A stretch of DNA of 64,000 bases from an uncultured Actinomycetes bacterium (GCA_963837105.1 CAWIMG010000021.1:1-64000), one strand, 5' to 3'; positions 20,887 through 32,824 are shown, counted from the first letter of the stretch. Numbers and translations: made by a program. Notes: a model not told the origin generated them from the letters alone.

Positions 20887-21603
20887 TTACCGGCCGCCGC
20901 CGGGACCCGGCTGGCCGGCCGGCTGGCGGCTGTCCTGGCTGATCGACAGCTGGCCGTTCCGCATCAGGGCGATCCGCTGTGCCTGGGCGGCCACCGTGCC
21001 GTCGTGGGTCACCAGGATCAGGGTGAGCCCCTGGTCCTGCCAGAGCCGTGCCAGCAGGCCGATGATCTCGTCCCGGGTCGTCTCGTCCAGGTTCCCGGTC
21101 GGCTCGTCGGCCAGCAGCACAGCCGGTGACTTGACCAGTGCCCGGGCGATGGCCACCCGCTGCTGCTGGCCACCGGACAGCTCGTACGGCAAGTGCCCGG
21201 CCCGGTCGGCCAGGCCCACCTCCACTAGTGCCCGGGCAGCCCGTTCCCGCCGTTCGGTAGCGGCGATGTGGAACGGGACCAGCGCGGTCTCCACGTTCTC
21301 CTGGGCGTTGAGGGTCGGGATCAGGTTGAACGTCTGGAAGATGAAGCCGATCGAGCGGGCTCGCACCAGGTTGACCTGGCGTTCGGGCAGCGTGGCCAGA
21401 TTCTGGCCGCGCAGGTCCACCACGCCCGCGGTCGGCCGGTCCAGGCCGCCCAGCATCTGGAGCAGGGTGGTCTTGCCATGGCCGGTTGGGCCCTGGATGG
21501 CGAGCCACTCCCCGTCGGGGATGGTCACGTCCACGCTGTCCAGCGCGGTGACGGTGGCCCGGCCCTTCTGGTAGATCTTGGTCACACCGGACAGTTCGTA
21601 CAC
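20887..21603 (-). CDS. ABC transporter ATP-binding protein (MacB/LolD-like)
   Basis: Walker A GPTGHGKTT, signature LSGGQQQRVAIARAL, Walker B LLADEPTGNLD; GTG start preceded by AAGGAGG. Confidence 0.85.
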   Translation of the reverse strand: MYELSGVTKIYQKGRATVTALDSVDVTIPDGEWLAIQGPTGHGKTTLLQMLGGLDRPTAGVVDLRGQNLATLPERQVNLVRARSIGFIFQTFNLIPTLNAQENVETALVPFHIAATERRERAARALVEVGLADRAGHLPYELSGGQQQRVAIARALVKSPAVLLADEPTGNLDETTRDEIIGLLARLWQDQGLTLILVTHDGTVAAQAQRIALMRNGQLSISQDSRQPAGQPGPGGGR

Positions 21604-21613
21604 CGTTCCTCCT

Positions 21614-23074
21614 TTATTCCGCCCGGGCCATGGCGTCGGCGGGCCGGAGCCGGGCGGCCTGCCAGCCGCCGAGCGACCCGGCCAGCAGGCCGCCGGCGAG
21701 GGCCAGCAGCACGGCGAGCAGGATCGCGCCGACCGTGACCGTCGCGCTGAGATGAACCGTGACCGCGCTTGCCGTGTCGCCGAACAGGCGGCGGAACCCC
21801 GATCCCGGGCTGCCCCCGAAGCCACCCGGAGGCCCCCCGGTGACGACCTGGGCGCCGCCCGGCGTGGCCGAGCCGGTGGCCGGGCCCAAGGAGGCGGTCA
21901 GCGGCCGGGACAGCGAAGACACCAGGTTGGCGCCAGCGAAGCCGAGCCCGATTCCCACCAGTCCGCCAGCGATGCCAATGACCAGCGACTCGCCCATGAC
22001 CTGGCCAGTGATCCGCCTGCTGCGCCAGCCGAGGGCCTTAAGGGTGCCGAACTCCCGCACCCGGCGGCTCACCGCGGCGATGCTCAGCAGGCTGGCCAGC
22101 AGGAACGCGGCGGCAAGCACCGCGATGGCCAGCCACTTGCCGAGGTTGCGGGCCAGGCTGGCCGCGCTGGCCAGCGACCCGGTCACCTCGCTGGCCAGGC
22201 TGCTGGCGGTGGTCACGGTAGCCCCGGGGACCACGGCATGGATCTGCTGGGACACACTGCCGATGTCGGACGCGCTGCTGGCTGCTACGTACACCGTGTT
22301 GACCTGGTTCTTCATCCCGGCCAGGGCCTGCGCGCGGCCGAGCGGGATGTACACGTCGGCCGGGTCGCCGCCCTGCGGCTGGCTGACGATCCCGATCACC
22401 TTGAAGCTGTTGCCCGCGACGTCGATGGCGGAGCCGGTGCCGAGCTTGTGCTGGGTGGCGTAGCCGGAGTCGAGCACGGCCACGTTCGCGGTCGCGTCGG
22501 CGGTCGTGAAGGTCCGGCCGGAGACCAGCTTGCCGGAGCTGAGCGGGCCAACCTCGCCCGCGGACAGCTGGGTGCCGTCCACCGTGAGCGTGCTGACATG
22601 GAAGTTGGTCGGCCCGCCGAAACCGCCGCCAAACCCGCCGCCAGCCGGGGCCGACGGGATGGTGCCGGACACCGAGAGGTCGGTCAGCACCAGCGCGCCC
22701 CCCGCAGCGGCGACACCGTGCAGCCGGGAGATCGAGGTGACCGACGTCGAGCTGAGCGGCCCCAGCGTGCGGTTGATCAGCGTGCTCCGGCTGAACGAGG
22801 TTCCCGCCTTGGGCCGCTGACCGGAGTTGAGCGCCCGCCGCCCGACCCGGAACCCGAACGGGCCACCGGAGTTCACCGCGGGGGCCTTGGTGACCGTGAT
22901 GTCGGTGCCGACCCCGTACAGCGAGTGCAGCACCGTGTCCTGCGCCTGGGCGACCCCGGCGGAGGCGGACATGACGGTGATGACCAGCCCGATCCCGACC
23001 GCGATCCCGAGCGCGATGAACACCGCCTGCCGGATCCGCCGCCGCAGCTCGCGCCGCAGGTAGGTGAAGAACAT
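21614..23074 (-). CDS. ABC transporter permease, FtsX/MacB family
   Basis: 486 aa; N-terminal TM, large periplasmic domain, C-terminal FtsX 4-TM domain. Confidence 0.85.
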   Translation of the reverse strand: MFFTYLRRELRRRIRQAVFIALGIAVGIGLVITVMSASAGVAQAQDTVLHSLYGVGTDITVTKAPAVNSGGPFGFRVGRRALNSGQRPKAGTSFSRSTLINRTLGPLSSTSVTSISRLHGVAAAGGALVLTDLSVSGTIPSAPAGGGFGGGFGGPTNFHVSTLTVDGTQLSAGEVGPLSSGKLVSGRTFTTADATANVAVLDSGYATQHKLGTGSAIDVAGNSFKVIGIVSQPQGGDPADVYIPLGRAQALAGMKNQVNTVYVAASSASDIGSVSQQIHAVVPGATVTTASSLASEVTGSLASAASLARNLGKWLAIAVLAAAFLLASLLSIAAVSRRVREFGTLKALGWRSRRITGQVMGESLVIGIAGGLVGIGLGFAGANLVSSLSRPLTASLGPATGSATPGGAQVVTGGPPGGFGGSPGSGFRRLFGDTASAVTVHLSATVTVGAILLAVLLALAGGLLAGSLGGWQAARLRPADAMARAE

Positions 23075-23240
23075 GGGTTTTCCCTCCGTCCAGCCCCGTG
23101 TCGGTCGAAATCCTGGCGGCGCGGTCTGGAGGGACCCTGAACCGTTCCTGCGAAGTCACTGATCTTTTTCCCGGTCGGCACAGCCCGGGACCGCGTAGCC
23201 GGCGCCACGCCGGGACGGCGTCAGCGGCACACCGGAACGG

Positions 23241-24682
23241 CTACCGGCGGGTGTGGAGGACGAGCCAGATACCGGTGACATCCCAGCGGCGGACCGGGTG
23301 GAAGCCGGGCCCGGCCAGTACCGGCACGTTGCCCCGGCCGGCGCCGGTTTCCACGCCCCGCAGGCGGGTGACGGTGGCCAGCCGGGTCCGCACCACCGCG
23401 GTGGGCGCGCCGGTGGCGGGCAGGTGCCCGGCGCTGATCGCGGTCTGGCCCAGCGCGATGTCACCCAGGCCCCGGTAGCGGGCCGGGTGGGCCGCCTGGA
23501 ACTCCCGGTCATTTGCGCCCGGCGAAGATCACCACGTCACCGGGCCGGGCATGCCGGGCCCGGCAGGTGGCTGAGCTGCCGGAGGTTCTCGCTGTGCCCG
23601 GCACCGCGCGGGCATGCTGCAGGCCCGGCAGCCCGGCCAGCACAATGAGGATCAGCCCCACCACGCCCAGCCAGCGGCCCAGCGCCGCCAGCGCGGTCCC
23701 CGCCAGCAGCACCGCCGCCGCGATGCAGAACACCACATACCGGAAGACAGCAGGACGGGTGCAGCAGCGAGCCCGCCAGCAGCAGCACGGCGGGCAGCAG
23801 CAGCCACGGCACGGCCAGCGCCAGCAGCGGCGCCGGCCACCCGGCCCGCAGCCGGGCACGGCCACGCGCCGCACCGGCCACCACCACACACACGACGATC
23901 ACACCGGCCACCAGGGCCGGCCGGACCCCACCGGCCAGGCCGGTGACCTCCTTCAGGCTGACCGGCTTGACCCAGACCTCCTCATGACGCTGCGCCCAGG
24001 CCAGCACCACCACCGGACTGACCACCACACACGCCGCCACCACCGCCGCCAGCCAGCCCCACAGCAGCTTCCGCGCCTCCCCGGCCGGGCCCGGCCCGCC
24101 CGGGCCATCCACCCGGCCCGCCCGCCGCAGGCTCAGCAGCAGCAGCGGCAGGTGCGCCGGGATCAGCAGCAGGCCGAAGACATTGGCCAGCCCCAGCCCA
24201 GCCAGCGCCGCCCCGTACCCGGCCAGCCAGCGCCCCCGGCGGCCCGGCCCGGCGGCCAGCGCCCGCACCAGCAGGTAACCGGCCACCGCCGCCAGCGCAG
24301 CCACCAGGGCATACGGACGGGCCACCTGGCCGTACCGGCTGACCGACGGCAGCGCCACGAACACCAGCCCGGCGGCCGCCCCCGGCGGCACCAGCCACCG
24401 CCCAATCACAGTCATGAACGCAGCCGCCATCGCCACCGCGGACAGGAACCGCAGCGCCATCTCACCACCGCCGGACACCCGCACCCAGAACCACATCAGC
24501 AGGCAGCAGGCGCCATGCACCGCGTCCTGATAGCCCAGCATCCGCAACATCTGCGGCAGCGACCGGTGCACCGCGGCCAGGATGGCACCCCCGTCCCGCC
24601 AGAACGACAGCCACTGGACCTGGCAGAGCACCACCGCCAGAATGACCACAGCTGGCATGACCAGCAGCCAGCCCGAGCGCAC
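23241..24682 (-). pseudogene. GT39 / PMT_2-like membrane glycosyltransferase with about two apparent frameshifts (~23509, ~23750)
   Basis: Polytopic N-terminal domain spread over ORFs 23537..24682 and 23509..23889, plus an unlisted high-GC3 frame running to a stop near 23241. Confidence 0.45.
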
Positions 24683-24894
24683 CCGCCCCGGCGGTGCGCC
24701 GCTGCCCGGACACCGTGCCGTCCGGCCCGTGAACCGTCACCGGGCTGCCAGCACAAGCGGTCACAAGCTGTCCTCACGGCCGCAGCGGACAGCAGCCTGA
24801 AACCCCGGGCCAGCGCACACGCGGATCATGCCGGATTGCCACTTCACGTGCCCAGACCCGGCCAGCGGCAGCCGGTTCGCGGCACCACCGCCGG

Positions 24895-25899
24895 TCAGTT
24901 ACTCCGCATGGCACGCAACGACTCGCGCAGCGAGCCCATGGTGGCCAGCACCGCCGACGGCTCATATCCGCAGTGCGCCATGCAGTTGGCGCAGCGCGGA
25001 TCCTTGCCCCGGCCGTAGGCGTCCCAGTCGGTGGTCTCGATCAGCTCCTGGTAGCTGGCGGCGTAGCCGTCGGACATCAGGTAGCAGGGCCGCTGCCAGC
25101 CGAGCAGCGAGTAGGAGGGGATTCCCCAGGCGGTGCAGCCGAAGTCGGCCTTTCCTTCCAGGAAGTCCAGGAACAGCGGCGAGTGATTGAGCCGCCAGCG
25201 GCCGCGGTTGCCGTTCGCGAACGCCTTCCGGAACAGTTCCGTGGTCTCGCCCACCCCCAGGAAGTGCTCCTGGTCGGGTGCCCGTTCGTAGGCGTATGCC
25301 GGGGAGATCATCATCTGGTCTACCGACAGGTCGTCGTTGAGGTAGTCGAGCACGTCGATGACCGTCTGCGGGGTGTCGGTGTTGAAGAAGGTGGTGTTGG
25401 TGGTGACCCGGAAGCCGCGCCGCTTGCACTCGGAGATCGCCGCCACCGCCTGGTCGAACACGCCCTCTTTGCACACCGACTCGTCGTGCCGCTCACGCAG
25501 CCCGTCGATGTGCACCGCCCAGGCAAAGTAGCGCGACGGCGTGAACTTGTCGATCTTCTTCGGGATCAGCAGCGCGTTGGTGCACAGGAAGACGTACTTC
25601 TTGCGCTTGACCAGCTCGCTGACCAGCAGGTCGATCTGGGGGTGCATGAGCGGCTCGCCGCCGGCGATGGACACCATCGGCGCGCCGCACTCCTCGATCG
25701 CGGCCAGCGCCTGTGCCACCGGCATCCGCTGCTTGAGCACGTCGTGCGGCTGCTGGATCTTGCCGCAGCCCGCGCACTTGAGATTGCACGCGAACAGTGG
25801 CTCCAGTTCGACCAGCAGCGGGAACTTGTCCCTCCTGGCGATCTTCTGGCGCATCAGATACGCCCCGATCCGCAGGCTCTGGCGCAGCGGCATGGTCAT
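24895..25899 (-). CDS. hpnH: Adenosyl-hopene transferase HpnH (radical SAM)
   Basis: CNLKCAGCG radical-SAM cluster motif; ~334 aa; within the hopanoid cluster. Confidence 0.85.
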   Translation of the reverse strand: MTMPLRQSLRIGAYLMRQKIARRDKFPLLVELEPLFACNLKCAGCGKIQQPHDVLKQRMPVAQALAAIEECGAPMVSIAGGEPLMHPQIDLLVSELVKRKKYVFLCTNALLIPKKIDKFTPSRYFAWAVHIDGLRERHDESVCKEGVFDQAVAAISECKRRGFRVTTNTTFFNTDTPQTVIDVLDYLNDDLSVDQMMISPAYAYERAPDQEHFLGVGETTELFRKAFANGNRGRWRLNHSPLFLDFLEGKADFGCTAWGIPSYSLLGWQRPCYLMSDGYAASYQELIETTDWDAYGRGKDPRCANCMAHCGYEPSAVLATMGSLRESLRAMRSN

Positions 25900-27419
25900 G
25901 ACGACCTGACCTCCTTGGGCAGGCTGAAACGGATGGATTCGGTGGCGGTGACGCGCTCGCTCACCTCGACCGGTCCGAGACCGGCGAGCGCGGCCACAAT
26001 GTGCCCAACGACTGCGGGCGGTGCCGACGCGCCCGCGCTGATGCCGACCGTGCCGGCCCCGGCCAGCCAGCCCAGTTCGATGTCGTCCGGCCCGTCGATC
26101 AGGTAGGCCGGGACCCCGGCCCGCTCCGCGGTCTCCACCAGCCGCAGCGAGTTGGAGGAGTTGCCGGAGCCGGCCACCAGCACCAGATCGGCCTCGGCGG
26201 CTACGGCCTGGACGGCCCGCTGCCGGTTGGTGGTGGCGTAGCAGATGTCGTCGCTGCCCGGCGCCCGCGCCTGCGGGAAGCGTTCCCGCAGCGCCCCGGC
26301 CATCTCCCCGGCTTCGTCCACCGACAGCGTGGTCTGCATGAGATAGGCGACCTTGCCCGGGTCGGCGGGCCGCAGCCGGGCGACGTCCGCAACCGACTGC
26401 ACCAGGACCGTCGACTCCGGCGCCTCGCCCAGCGTGCCGTCGACCTCCTCGTGCCCGGCGTGCCCGATCAGCGCGACCAGGTAACCGTCGGCGGCGAACC
26501 GGCGGGCCTCGGCGTGCACCTTGGCCACCAGCGGGCAGGTGGCGTCGATCGTGTCGAGCCCGCGCCGGTCGGCCTCGGCCCGGACGGCGGGCGAGACCCC
26601 ATGCGCGGAGAACACCACCCGCGCTCCATCGGGCACCTGCCCAAGTTCGTCCACGAAGATCGCGCCGCGCTGCTCCAGGCCGGCCACGACGTGCGTGTTG
26701 TGCACGATCTGCTTGCGCACGTAGACCGGCGGCCCGTACCTGTCCAGCGTCTTCTCAACGATCTCGATGGCCCGTTCCACCCCGGCGCAGAACGACCGCG
26801 GCCCAGCCAGCAGCACCCGCCGCGGCCCGGCGGCCGCGGCCCACCGGGTCAGCGCCGGACCAGCTGCCCGCAGCGACTTCAGCGCCCGCCAGCCCCCGGC
26901 CAGCCCGCCCGGCAGCAACGGCCGCTCCGGCGTATCGGACACCGCCCGCACCACCGCCAGCGGCCGCCCCACCGCCCCGGCGGCCAGCCACGCGGATTCC
27001 AGATCGACCGCCACCGCCCCGGCGCTCGCCGCCCGGGCTTTGTCCCGCCCGCCCCGCAGCCGGTCCACGCTCACCACCGGCCCGGCCGCAACCGCCAGCC
27101 CGGCCCTGCGCAACTCCCCCGCCAGCAACGTCGAAGACGGGCACACCGTAGTGGTCATCCCATCGGCGACCTCAGTCGCCACCACCACGTCGCCAGGCCT
27201 GAGATCCGGGGCCAGCCCCCCGCCAGTCCCCGCCACCGCCAGCGCCCCAAACGCCTCTCCGGCGAGTCTCTCCGCATACCGTTTAGCCCGCTCCGGCCCA
27301 TACCCGGAAACCCGGACCTCGCCCCCAGCACCAACTCCGGCCCGGACCGCCACCGCCTCCGGCAGCAGCGGCGCACACGCCACCAGCCGTCGCGCGGATC
27401 CCGGCCCCGGCACCCTCAT
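25896..27419 (-). CDS. ispH: Fusion of an HpnG-like nucleosidase (PNP/UDP family) domain with IspH/LytB
   Basis: N-terminal ~200 aa is nucleoside-phosphorylase-like ([10 protein letters not shown]...). The C-terminus carries IspH motifs [25 protein letters not shown]. Confidence 0.75.
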   Translation of the reverse strand: MRVPGPGSARRLVACAPLLPEAVAVRAGVGAGGEVRVSGYGPERAKRYAERLAGEAFGALAVAGTGGGLAPDLRPGDVVVATEVADGMTTTVCPSSTLLAGELRRAGLAVAAGPVVSVDRLRGGRDKARAASAGAVAVDLESAWLAAGAVGRPLAVVRAVSDTPERPLLPGGLAGGWRALKSLRAAGPALTRWAAAAGPRRVLLAGPRSFCAGVERAIEIVEKTLDRYGPPVYVRKQIVHNTHVVAGLEQRGAIFVDELGQVPDGARVVFSAHGVSPAVRAEADRRGLDTIDATCPLVAKVHAEARRFAADGYLVALIGHAGHEEVDGTLGEAPESTVLVQSVADVARLRPADPGKVAYLMQTTLSVDEAGEMAGALRERFPQARAPGSDDICYATTNRQRAVQAVAAEADLVLVAGSGNSSNSLRLVETAERAGVPAYLIDGPDDIELGWLAGAGTVGISAGASAPPAVVGHIVAALAGLGPVEVSERVTATESIRFSLPKEVRSS

Positions 27420-29423
27420 GCCCCACCGCCCAGATACCGCCCGAGCGCACTCACCGGGAAGACCAGCCGATAGAGGTGATAGTTCAGATAGAAATCGCGC
27501 GGGAACCCCGTGCCCGTGAACTGCGGCTCATCCCATGTCCCATCGGGACGCTGATGCTCGCACAGCCACCGAATGCCCGCTTCGACCGCTGGGCTGGCGA
27601 GCCGGGCGTCCGGTGCCCCCGGTCGGGGCGTTATGCCCGGACCGGGGGTGCCGTGCGCACGGCCCAGGCCTTCGCCATCAGCCAGCAAGGCGAGCAGCGC
27701 CCAAGCGGTCTGGGACGCGGTCGACTCGCCCTGACCGGCCAGGGAAGGGTCATCGTAAGAACGCAGATCCTCGCCCCAGCCGCCATCCGGGTTCTGGTGG
27801 GATTCCAGCCAGGCGACAGCACGCCTGATAGCTGGTTTCTCCGGCTTCACTCCCGCCGCGATCAGGGCGGGGACGACAGCGCCGGTGCCGTAGACGTAGT
27901 TGGCGCCCCAGCGGCCGAACCAGGATCCGTCCGGCTCCTGGGCCTTCAGCAGCCAGACCACGCCGCGCCGGACGGCCCTGCTGCCGGCCTGACCTTCGGC
28001 GGCGAGGGCTTCGACGACATGAGCGGTGACGTCGGCAGAGGGCGGATCTATCACGGCGCCGAAGTCGCAGAAGGGGAGCTTGGTGGGCAGTTGCGAGGTG
28101 TTGTCGGCGTCGAAGGCAGCCCAGCCGCCGTCCCTGGACTGCATGCCGGTGATCCAGCGGAGGCCGCGATCGACGGCCCCTGCCCGGGCGTGGGTGCCTG
28201 GGCCGGTTACCCGGCGGAGGGCGAGGACGACTTCGGCGGTGTCGTCGATGTCGGGATAGGTGTCGTTGTCGAACTCGAACGCCCAGCCGCCAGGGGCCAG
28301 GCCGGGACGGCGGACCTGCCAGTCGCCGGGGCCGGTGATCTCCTCGGCCAGGATCCAGTGGGCGGCCCGGGCCAGGTCCGGGTCATCCGATGGCAGGCCG
28401 GCGTCGGCCAGGGCGATCATCGCCAGCACGGTGTCCCAGACCGGCGACTGGCACGCCTCCAGCCGGCGGACTGGCCCGTCCGGGGTCTGCTGCGTGATGG
28501 TGAAGCGATCCAGGCCGGCCAGACCGCGCCTGATCACCGGATGGTCGAGGCCGTAGCCGAGCAGGTGCAGCGCGATCAGTGAGTACACCCAGGGTGGCTG
28601 GATGCCGCCCCAGCAGCCGTCCTGCTCCTGGCGGGCGATGATCCACTTGGCGCAGCGGCGCAGCGCGGCCCGGCGGATCGCCTGTGCCGGGGCCAACCGG
28701 GGCCGGAGCCGTTCGTAGCGGTGCAGGGCCCGGTCCGCGCTGGCGAAGGCCGCCGTCCAGGCGGAGTCGTCCCGGGCGCGGGGAGCGTGCGGTGGCGGGT
28801 CGGTGGGCTGGGCGGCGGCCGGGGTCAGCTCGTCCAGGGTGAACGGGAGCGGGCGGACGGGCCGGAGGGAGCCGACGATGGTCAGCGGGACGATGGTCTG
28901 CCGGGCCCAGCAGGCCCAGTCGTAGACGTTGAGCGGGAACCAGGCGGGCAGGTAGATCAGCTCTGGCGGCATGACGGGCAGGTCGTCCCAGGGCCACAGG
29001 CCGAACAGGGCCAGCCAGAATCCGGGTGAAGACGCGGGTGGCCGGGTACCCGCCGCCGGCCCGGATCCAGGCAGCGGCCCGCGCCATGTGCTGAGTGGCC
29101 GGGTCGTGGCCGGCCAGCCGGAGCGCGACGTAGGCCTCGACCGTGGTGGACAGGTCACCGGGGCCACCGTAGAAGTTGGCCCAGGTGCCGTCCGGGCGCT
29201 GCTGGGACATGATCCACCGGGCAGCCGCCGCGGTCTGCTCCGGCGTGCGGACTCGCAGGAATTCCCGCAGCAGCAGGTCCTCGGCATCCATGGTGACGTT
29301 GGTCGCCAGCTCGCCCTGCCACCAGCCCTGCTCATGCTGGCGGCCGAGCAGGTGGTCACGGGCGCGGGCCAGCGCCCGCGCTGGGGTGACGCCTGCCGTC
29401 ACCGCCGCCGGCGTGCTCACCAT
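27416..29423 (-). CDS. shc: Squalene-hopene cyclase with an apparent frameshift near 29025
   Basis: QW and DGGWGE motifs ([45 protein letters not shown]). The N-terminal ~130 aa (MVSTPAAV...[32 protein letters not shown]) lies in the frame of ORF 28383..30971. Confidence 0.8.
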
Positions 29424-30458
29424 TGCCGCGCCGTGATGAACTCGGCGATGCCGGTGAACTCGGCCTGGATGCCCGTGGGCACACCGGTCCTGGCCAGGCA
29501 GGTGTGTGCGGCCGCAAGCTGCCGGGCCGCCTCCTCCTCGGTCCACGACTTGCCGCCGGCCGCCGCCACCAGGTCGGCGGCGTGGACCAGGTCGTCCTCG
29601 GTCAGCGCGTCCTGGCGGGCGAGCAGGACGGCAAGCTCGGCTGACTCCGGCGCGCCCGCGCACAGGGCGGCCACCACCGGCAGCGACTTCTTCCTGGCCC
29701 GCAGGTCGGACCGGACCGGCTTGCCGGTCACCTCCGGGCTGCCCCAGAATCCCGAGCAGGTCATCGGTGAGCTGGAAGGCCAGGCCGGCGTGGGCGCCGA
29801 ACGCGGCCAGCCCCATCGCCAGCTGGGGCGGGGCCCCGACGTGGATGGCACCGATGCTGCACGCGCAGGCCATCAGCGCCGCTGTCTTGTCGCCGGCCAT
29901 GGCCAGGCATTCGGCCAGCGAGACGTCGTCGCGCTGCTCGAAGGCCAGATCCGCACCCTGGCCGGCGATCAGCCGCTGCACCGCTACCGACAGCGCCCGG
30001 GCCGCCCACACCCCCTGCGGTGCGGTGTCCTCCAGCAGGATGTCCTGCGCCAGCGCGAGCATGGCGTCGCCGGCCAGGATGGCCGCTCCCACGCCATACA
30101 CCGTCCACGCGGTCGGCCGGTGCCGCCGCTCGGTGTCGCCGTCCATGATGTCGTCGTGCAGGAGGGAGAAGTTGTGCACCAGTTCCACGGCCACCGCGGC
30201 AGGCACCCCGCGCTCCGGTGCGGCATCGGCGGCCCGGGCCGACAGCAGGGTGAGGGCCGGCCGCAGTGCCTTGCCCGCAGGCTTGGCCGCGGAACCGGCC
30301 GGGTCCGAGGTCGCCCCCCGCTCCGTCCCGTCCGCCAGGCCCAGGTGGTAGGCCGCCACCCGGCGCACGTCGGGGGTGAGCCTGGCCACAGCCGTGGCCA
30401 GGGCCGGGCCGACCAGGTCACGGGCGGTCTGGACGCCGGCCGGCATGACGGCCGTCAT
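29417..30458 (-). CDS. Polyprenyl diphosphate synthase (FPP/GGPP synthase; hopD-like) with an apparent frameshift near 29750
   Basis: First DDxxD (LLHDDIMDGD) and second (FQLTDDLLGI) are in one frame; the C-terminus GKPVRSDLRARKKSLPVVAAL is in ORF 29417..29851. Confidence 0.75.
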
Positions 30459-30464
30459 GCCGGC
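30439..30464. repeat. Perfect 26-bp palindrome GCCGGCATGACGGCCGTCATGCCGGC spanning the hpnE stop / polyprenyl-synthase start overlap
   Basis: Direct base-pair check: every position i pairs with 30503-i. Confidence 0.8.
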
Positions 30465-31915
30465 ACCCCCGCGCGGGCGATCGCGGGCATGCCACCTGCC
30501 ATCGCGCGATCCCGGCGCAAGGCCCGTACCGCGTTCAGTCCGCTCCGCACGGCTCCCTCCATCGTGTCCGGCCAGCCGGTGTCGGTCCACGCACCGGCCA
30601 GCACCAGCCCCGGCACGGCGGTGACGGCCGGTGGCCGCAGCCGCTCGCATCCAGGCACCTGGCGCAGCGTGGCCCGCCGCTCCCTGGTGACGAAAAAGTC
30701 GGTGACCCGTGCGTCCCGCGCGGCAGGCAGCAGTTCCGCCAGGGCAGGCAGGAACTCCGCCCGCAGCGCCGACGCCGGGACGTCCACATAGCTGTCCGCC
30801 GCGGACAGCGAGATCGCGAGGTACTGGCCGGCCCGCAGCCCGGACGGGCCGGTTCGGTCGAAGACCCACTGCACCGGCGAGCCGACCGCGGCCAGGAACG
30901 GCAGCCGGGTCACCCGCCGGTCGTAGATCACATGCACGTTGACGATCGGCGAGGTGGCCAGTTCGCGCCACTGGGCCGGCCCGGGCTGGCCCCGGCCGGC
31001 CTGGCGCCGATCCCCGTCCGCGTCAGCGGGCATAAGCCGGGCCGCCACCTCCGGCGGCACCGCGAGCACCACGCCATCGGCCTCGATGACCCCCTGGCCG
31101 TTCCCGCCCCGGCGCTCGGCCAGCCGGACCCGGAACCGGGCCGCTGCCCCGTCCGCCCGGGCCGGCGGCAGCACGGACACCTCCGCCGCCTTGGCGGCCA
31201 GCCGCACCTGTGCGCCCAGCCGGCCGAGCAGGGTGGCCGCGGCCCGGCCGTGCAGGTCACCCAGCGGGATCGTGGGCACCCCAATGTCGGCCGCGTCCCG
31301 CGCGCCCAGCAGCGCCGTCTTCACCACGGTCGCGGCCAGCGCCAGGTTGGCGTCATCTCCGGGCACGTTCAGCGACGACACCGTGAACAGGTCCCACAGC
31401 ATCCGGCGGGTGCGCTCGTCCTGGCCGTGAGCGGCCAGCCAGTCGCCCAGCCGGGCCGCGTCCAGGTCGGCGCGGTCCGGGTTCAGCGCCGCCATGGCCA
31501 GTGCGGCCCGGGCCACCCGCAGGCGTTGCGGATAAGAAAGGAGCCGGTAGCCAGCGAGAGCCGCGCCCAGGTGCAGCGGGCCGGGCAGCCCGGTGCGGCG
31601 CAGCCGGGCCCGGCCACCGGGGCTGGCCACGGTGATGTCGAACCGGTCCTGCAGGCTGACCGACCCGGCCATGCCGAGCCGGGCGAGCAGTCCGCGGTAG
31701 GCCGTGCAGCAGCGCAGGAACACATGCTGGCCGTTGTCGACGGTCAGGCCATCGCGGCTGAACGAGCAGGTGGCGCCGCCGAGCCGGGGCCGGGCCTCCA
31801 GCAGGGTGACGCTGGCCCCGGCCTCGCTGAGCGCGATCGCGGCGGACAGGCCCGCCAGCCCGCCGCCGATTACTGCCACCCGGCGCCCGGCCAGCGCCGC
31901 CGGCCGCCCGGTCAC
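30455..31915 (-). CDS. hpnE: Hydroxysqualene dehydroxylase HpnE (FAD-dependent amine-oxidase family)
   Basis: N-terminal Rossmann VAVIGGGLAGLSAAIALSEAG; position after hpnD. Confidence 0.8.
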   Translation of the reverse strand: MTGRPAALAGRRVAVIGGGLAGLSAAIALSEAGASVTLLEARPRLGGATCSFSRDGLTVDNGQHVFLRCCTAYRGLLARLGMAGSVSLQDRFDITVASPGGRARLRRTGLPGPLHLGAALAGYRLLSYPQRLRVARAALAMAALNPDRADLDAARLGDWLAAHGQDERTRRMLWDLFTVSSLNVPGDDANLALAATVVKTALLGARDAADIGVPTIPLGDLHGRAAATLLGRLGAQVRLAAKAAEVSVLPPARADGAAARFRVRLAERRGGNGQGVIEADGVVLAVPPEVAARLMPADADGDRRQAGRGQPGPAQWRELATSPIVNVHVIYDRRVTRLPFLAAVGSPVQWVFDRTGPSGLRAGQYLAISLSAADSYVDVPASALRAEFLPALAELLPAARDARVTDFFVTRERRATLRQVPGCERLRPPAVTAVPGLVLAGAWTDTGWPDTMEGAVRSGLNAVRALRRDRAMAGGMPAIARAGVPA

Positions 31916-32820
31916 CGGGCCGCTCCCGCCGGGGCGGTCCGGGGTATCCGGGGACGCAGCGCGGTGCCCAGCGACCGGGCCGCCACCATCGCCTTCTCAC
32001 CGGTGGACAGGGAGACCCGGCGCTCCAGGACCGCCTGCGGGCTGGCGGCGATCCGCTTCAGCAGCCGGAAGTAGATGCCGGCCATGGCACCGGCGGAGGC
32101 CGCGCTGCGCCAGTCGAGCAGCGGCATCAGCGCCAGCCCCCGGGCGTACCAGGTGGTGGCCCGATCGGCCTCGAACTCCACCAGTTCCGCCAGCTTGCCG
32201 CGGTCAGCCGGTCCGTCGGCCAGCGAGCAGCCGAACCGCTCGAAGTCCTCGGCCGGCAGATAGACGCGCCCGTCCTGGTAGTCCTCGCGGATGTCCCGCA
32301 GGATGTTGGTGAGCTGGAGGGCAACCCCCAGCGCGTCCGCGAGCGGGGCGGCGGTGGCGACGTCGGAGGTGCCGAACACGCCCAGCGACAGCCGGCCGAT
32401 CGAGCCAGCCACGCACCGGCAGTAGTGCAGCAGATCCTCGAAGGTGCGGTAGGTAGCCCCGCGCACGTCCGCCTCGCAGCCGTCGATGAGCTCGCCGAAT
32501 GCGGCCAGCGGGATGTCGAACCGGCCCGCCGCGTCGGCCAGGGCCACCAGCACCAGATCCTGGCCGGCGCCGTTGTCACTGGCTGGCGGCCCGCCGTCCC
32601 GCAGCGCGGCCAGGCTCGCCCGCGCCTGTGCCAGGGCGGCCAGCTTGTCCGGCCGGGGCAGGTCGCCGTCGCCGATGTCATCGACCCGGCGGGCGAAGGC
32701 GTACACCGTGGCCAGCGCCTGCCGCTTGGCCGGGGGAAGCAGCCGGATGCCGTAGGAGAAGTTTCGCGCCTGCGACCAGGTGATCTGCTCACAGTGCCGG
32801 TAGGCGGCAGCGACGTTCAT
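31912..32820 (-). CDS. hpnD: Presqualene diphosphate synthase HpnD (squalene/phytoene synthase family)
   Basis: YAFARRVDDIGDGD (DxxxD) motif; ORF opens at 32955; the internal ATG (MNVAAAYRHC) is the likely start. Confidence 0.8.
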   Translation of the reverse strand: MNVAAAYRHCEQITWSQARNFSYGIRLLPPAKRQALATVYAFARRVDDIGDGDLPRPDKLAALAQARASLAALRDGGPPASDNGAGQDLVLVALADAAGRFDIPLAAFGELIDGCEADVRGATYRTFEDLLHYCRCVAGSIGRLSLGVFGTSDVATAAPLADALGVALQLTNILRDIREDYQDGRVYLPAEDFERFGCSLADGPADRGKLAELVEFEADRATTWYARGLALMPLLDWRSAASAGAMAGIYFRLLKRIAASPQAVLERRVSLSTGEKAMVAARSLGTALRPRIPRTAPAGAAR

Positions 32821-32824
32821 GGCC

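Noticed and set aside
23075-23508. Apparent 430-bp gene-free gap downstream of the GT39 ORF
   Set aside because: Translation in a third minus-strand frame (very high GC3, ...REFQAAHPARYRGLGDIALGQTAISAGHLPATG...) shows it is the frameshifted C-terminal part of the GT39 gene, not intergenic DNA
28383-30971. Single 862-aa ORF
   Set aside because: It is a chimera: it reads through the polyprenyl synthase N-terminus, frameshift junk, the shc N-terminus, and more junk. It was resolved into two frameshifted genes plus the hpnE overlap
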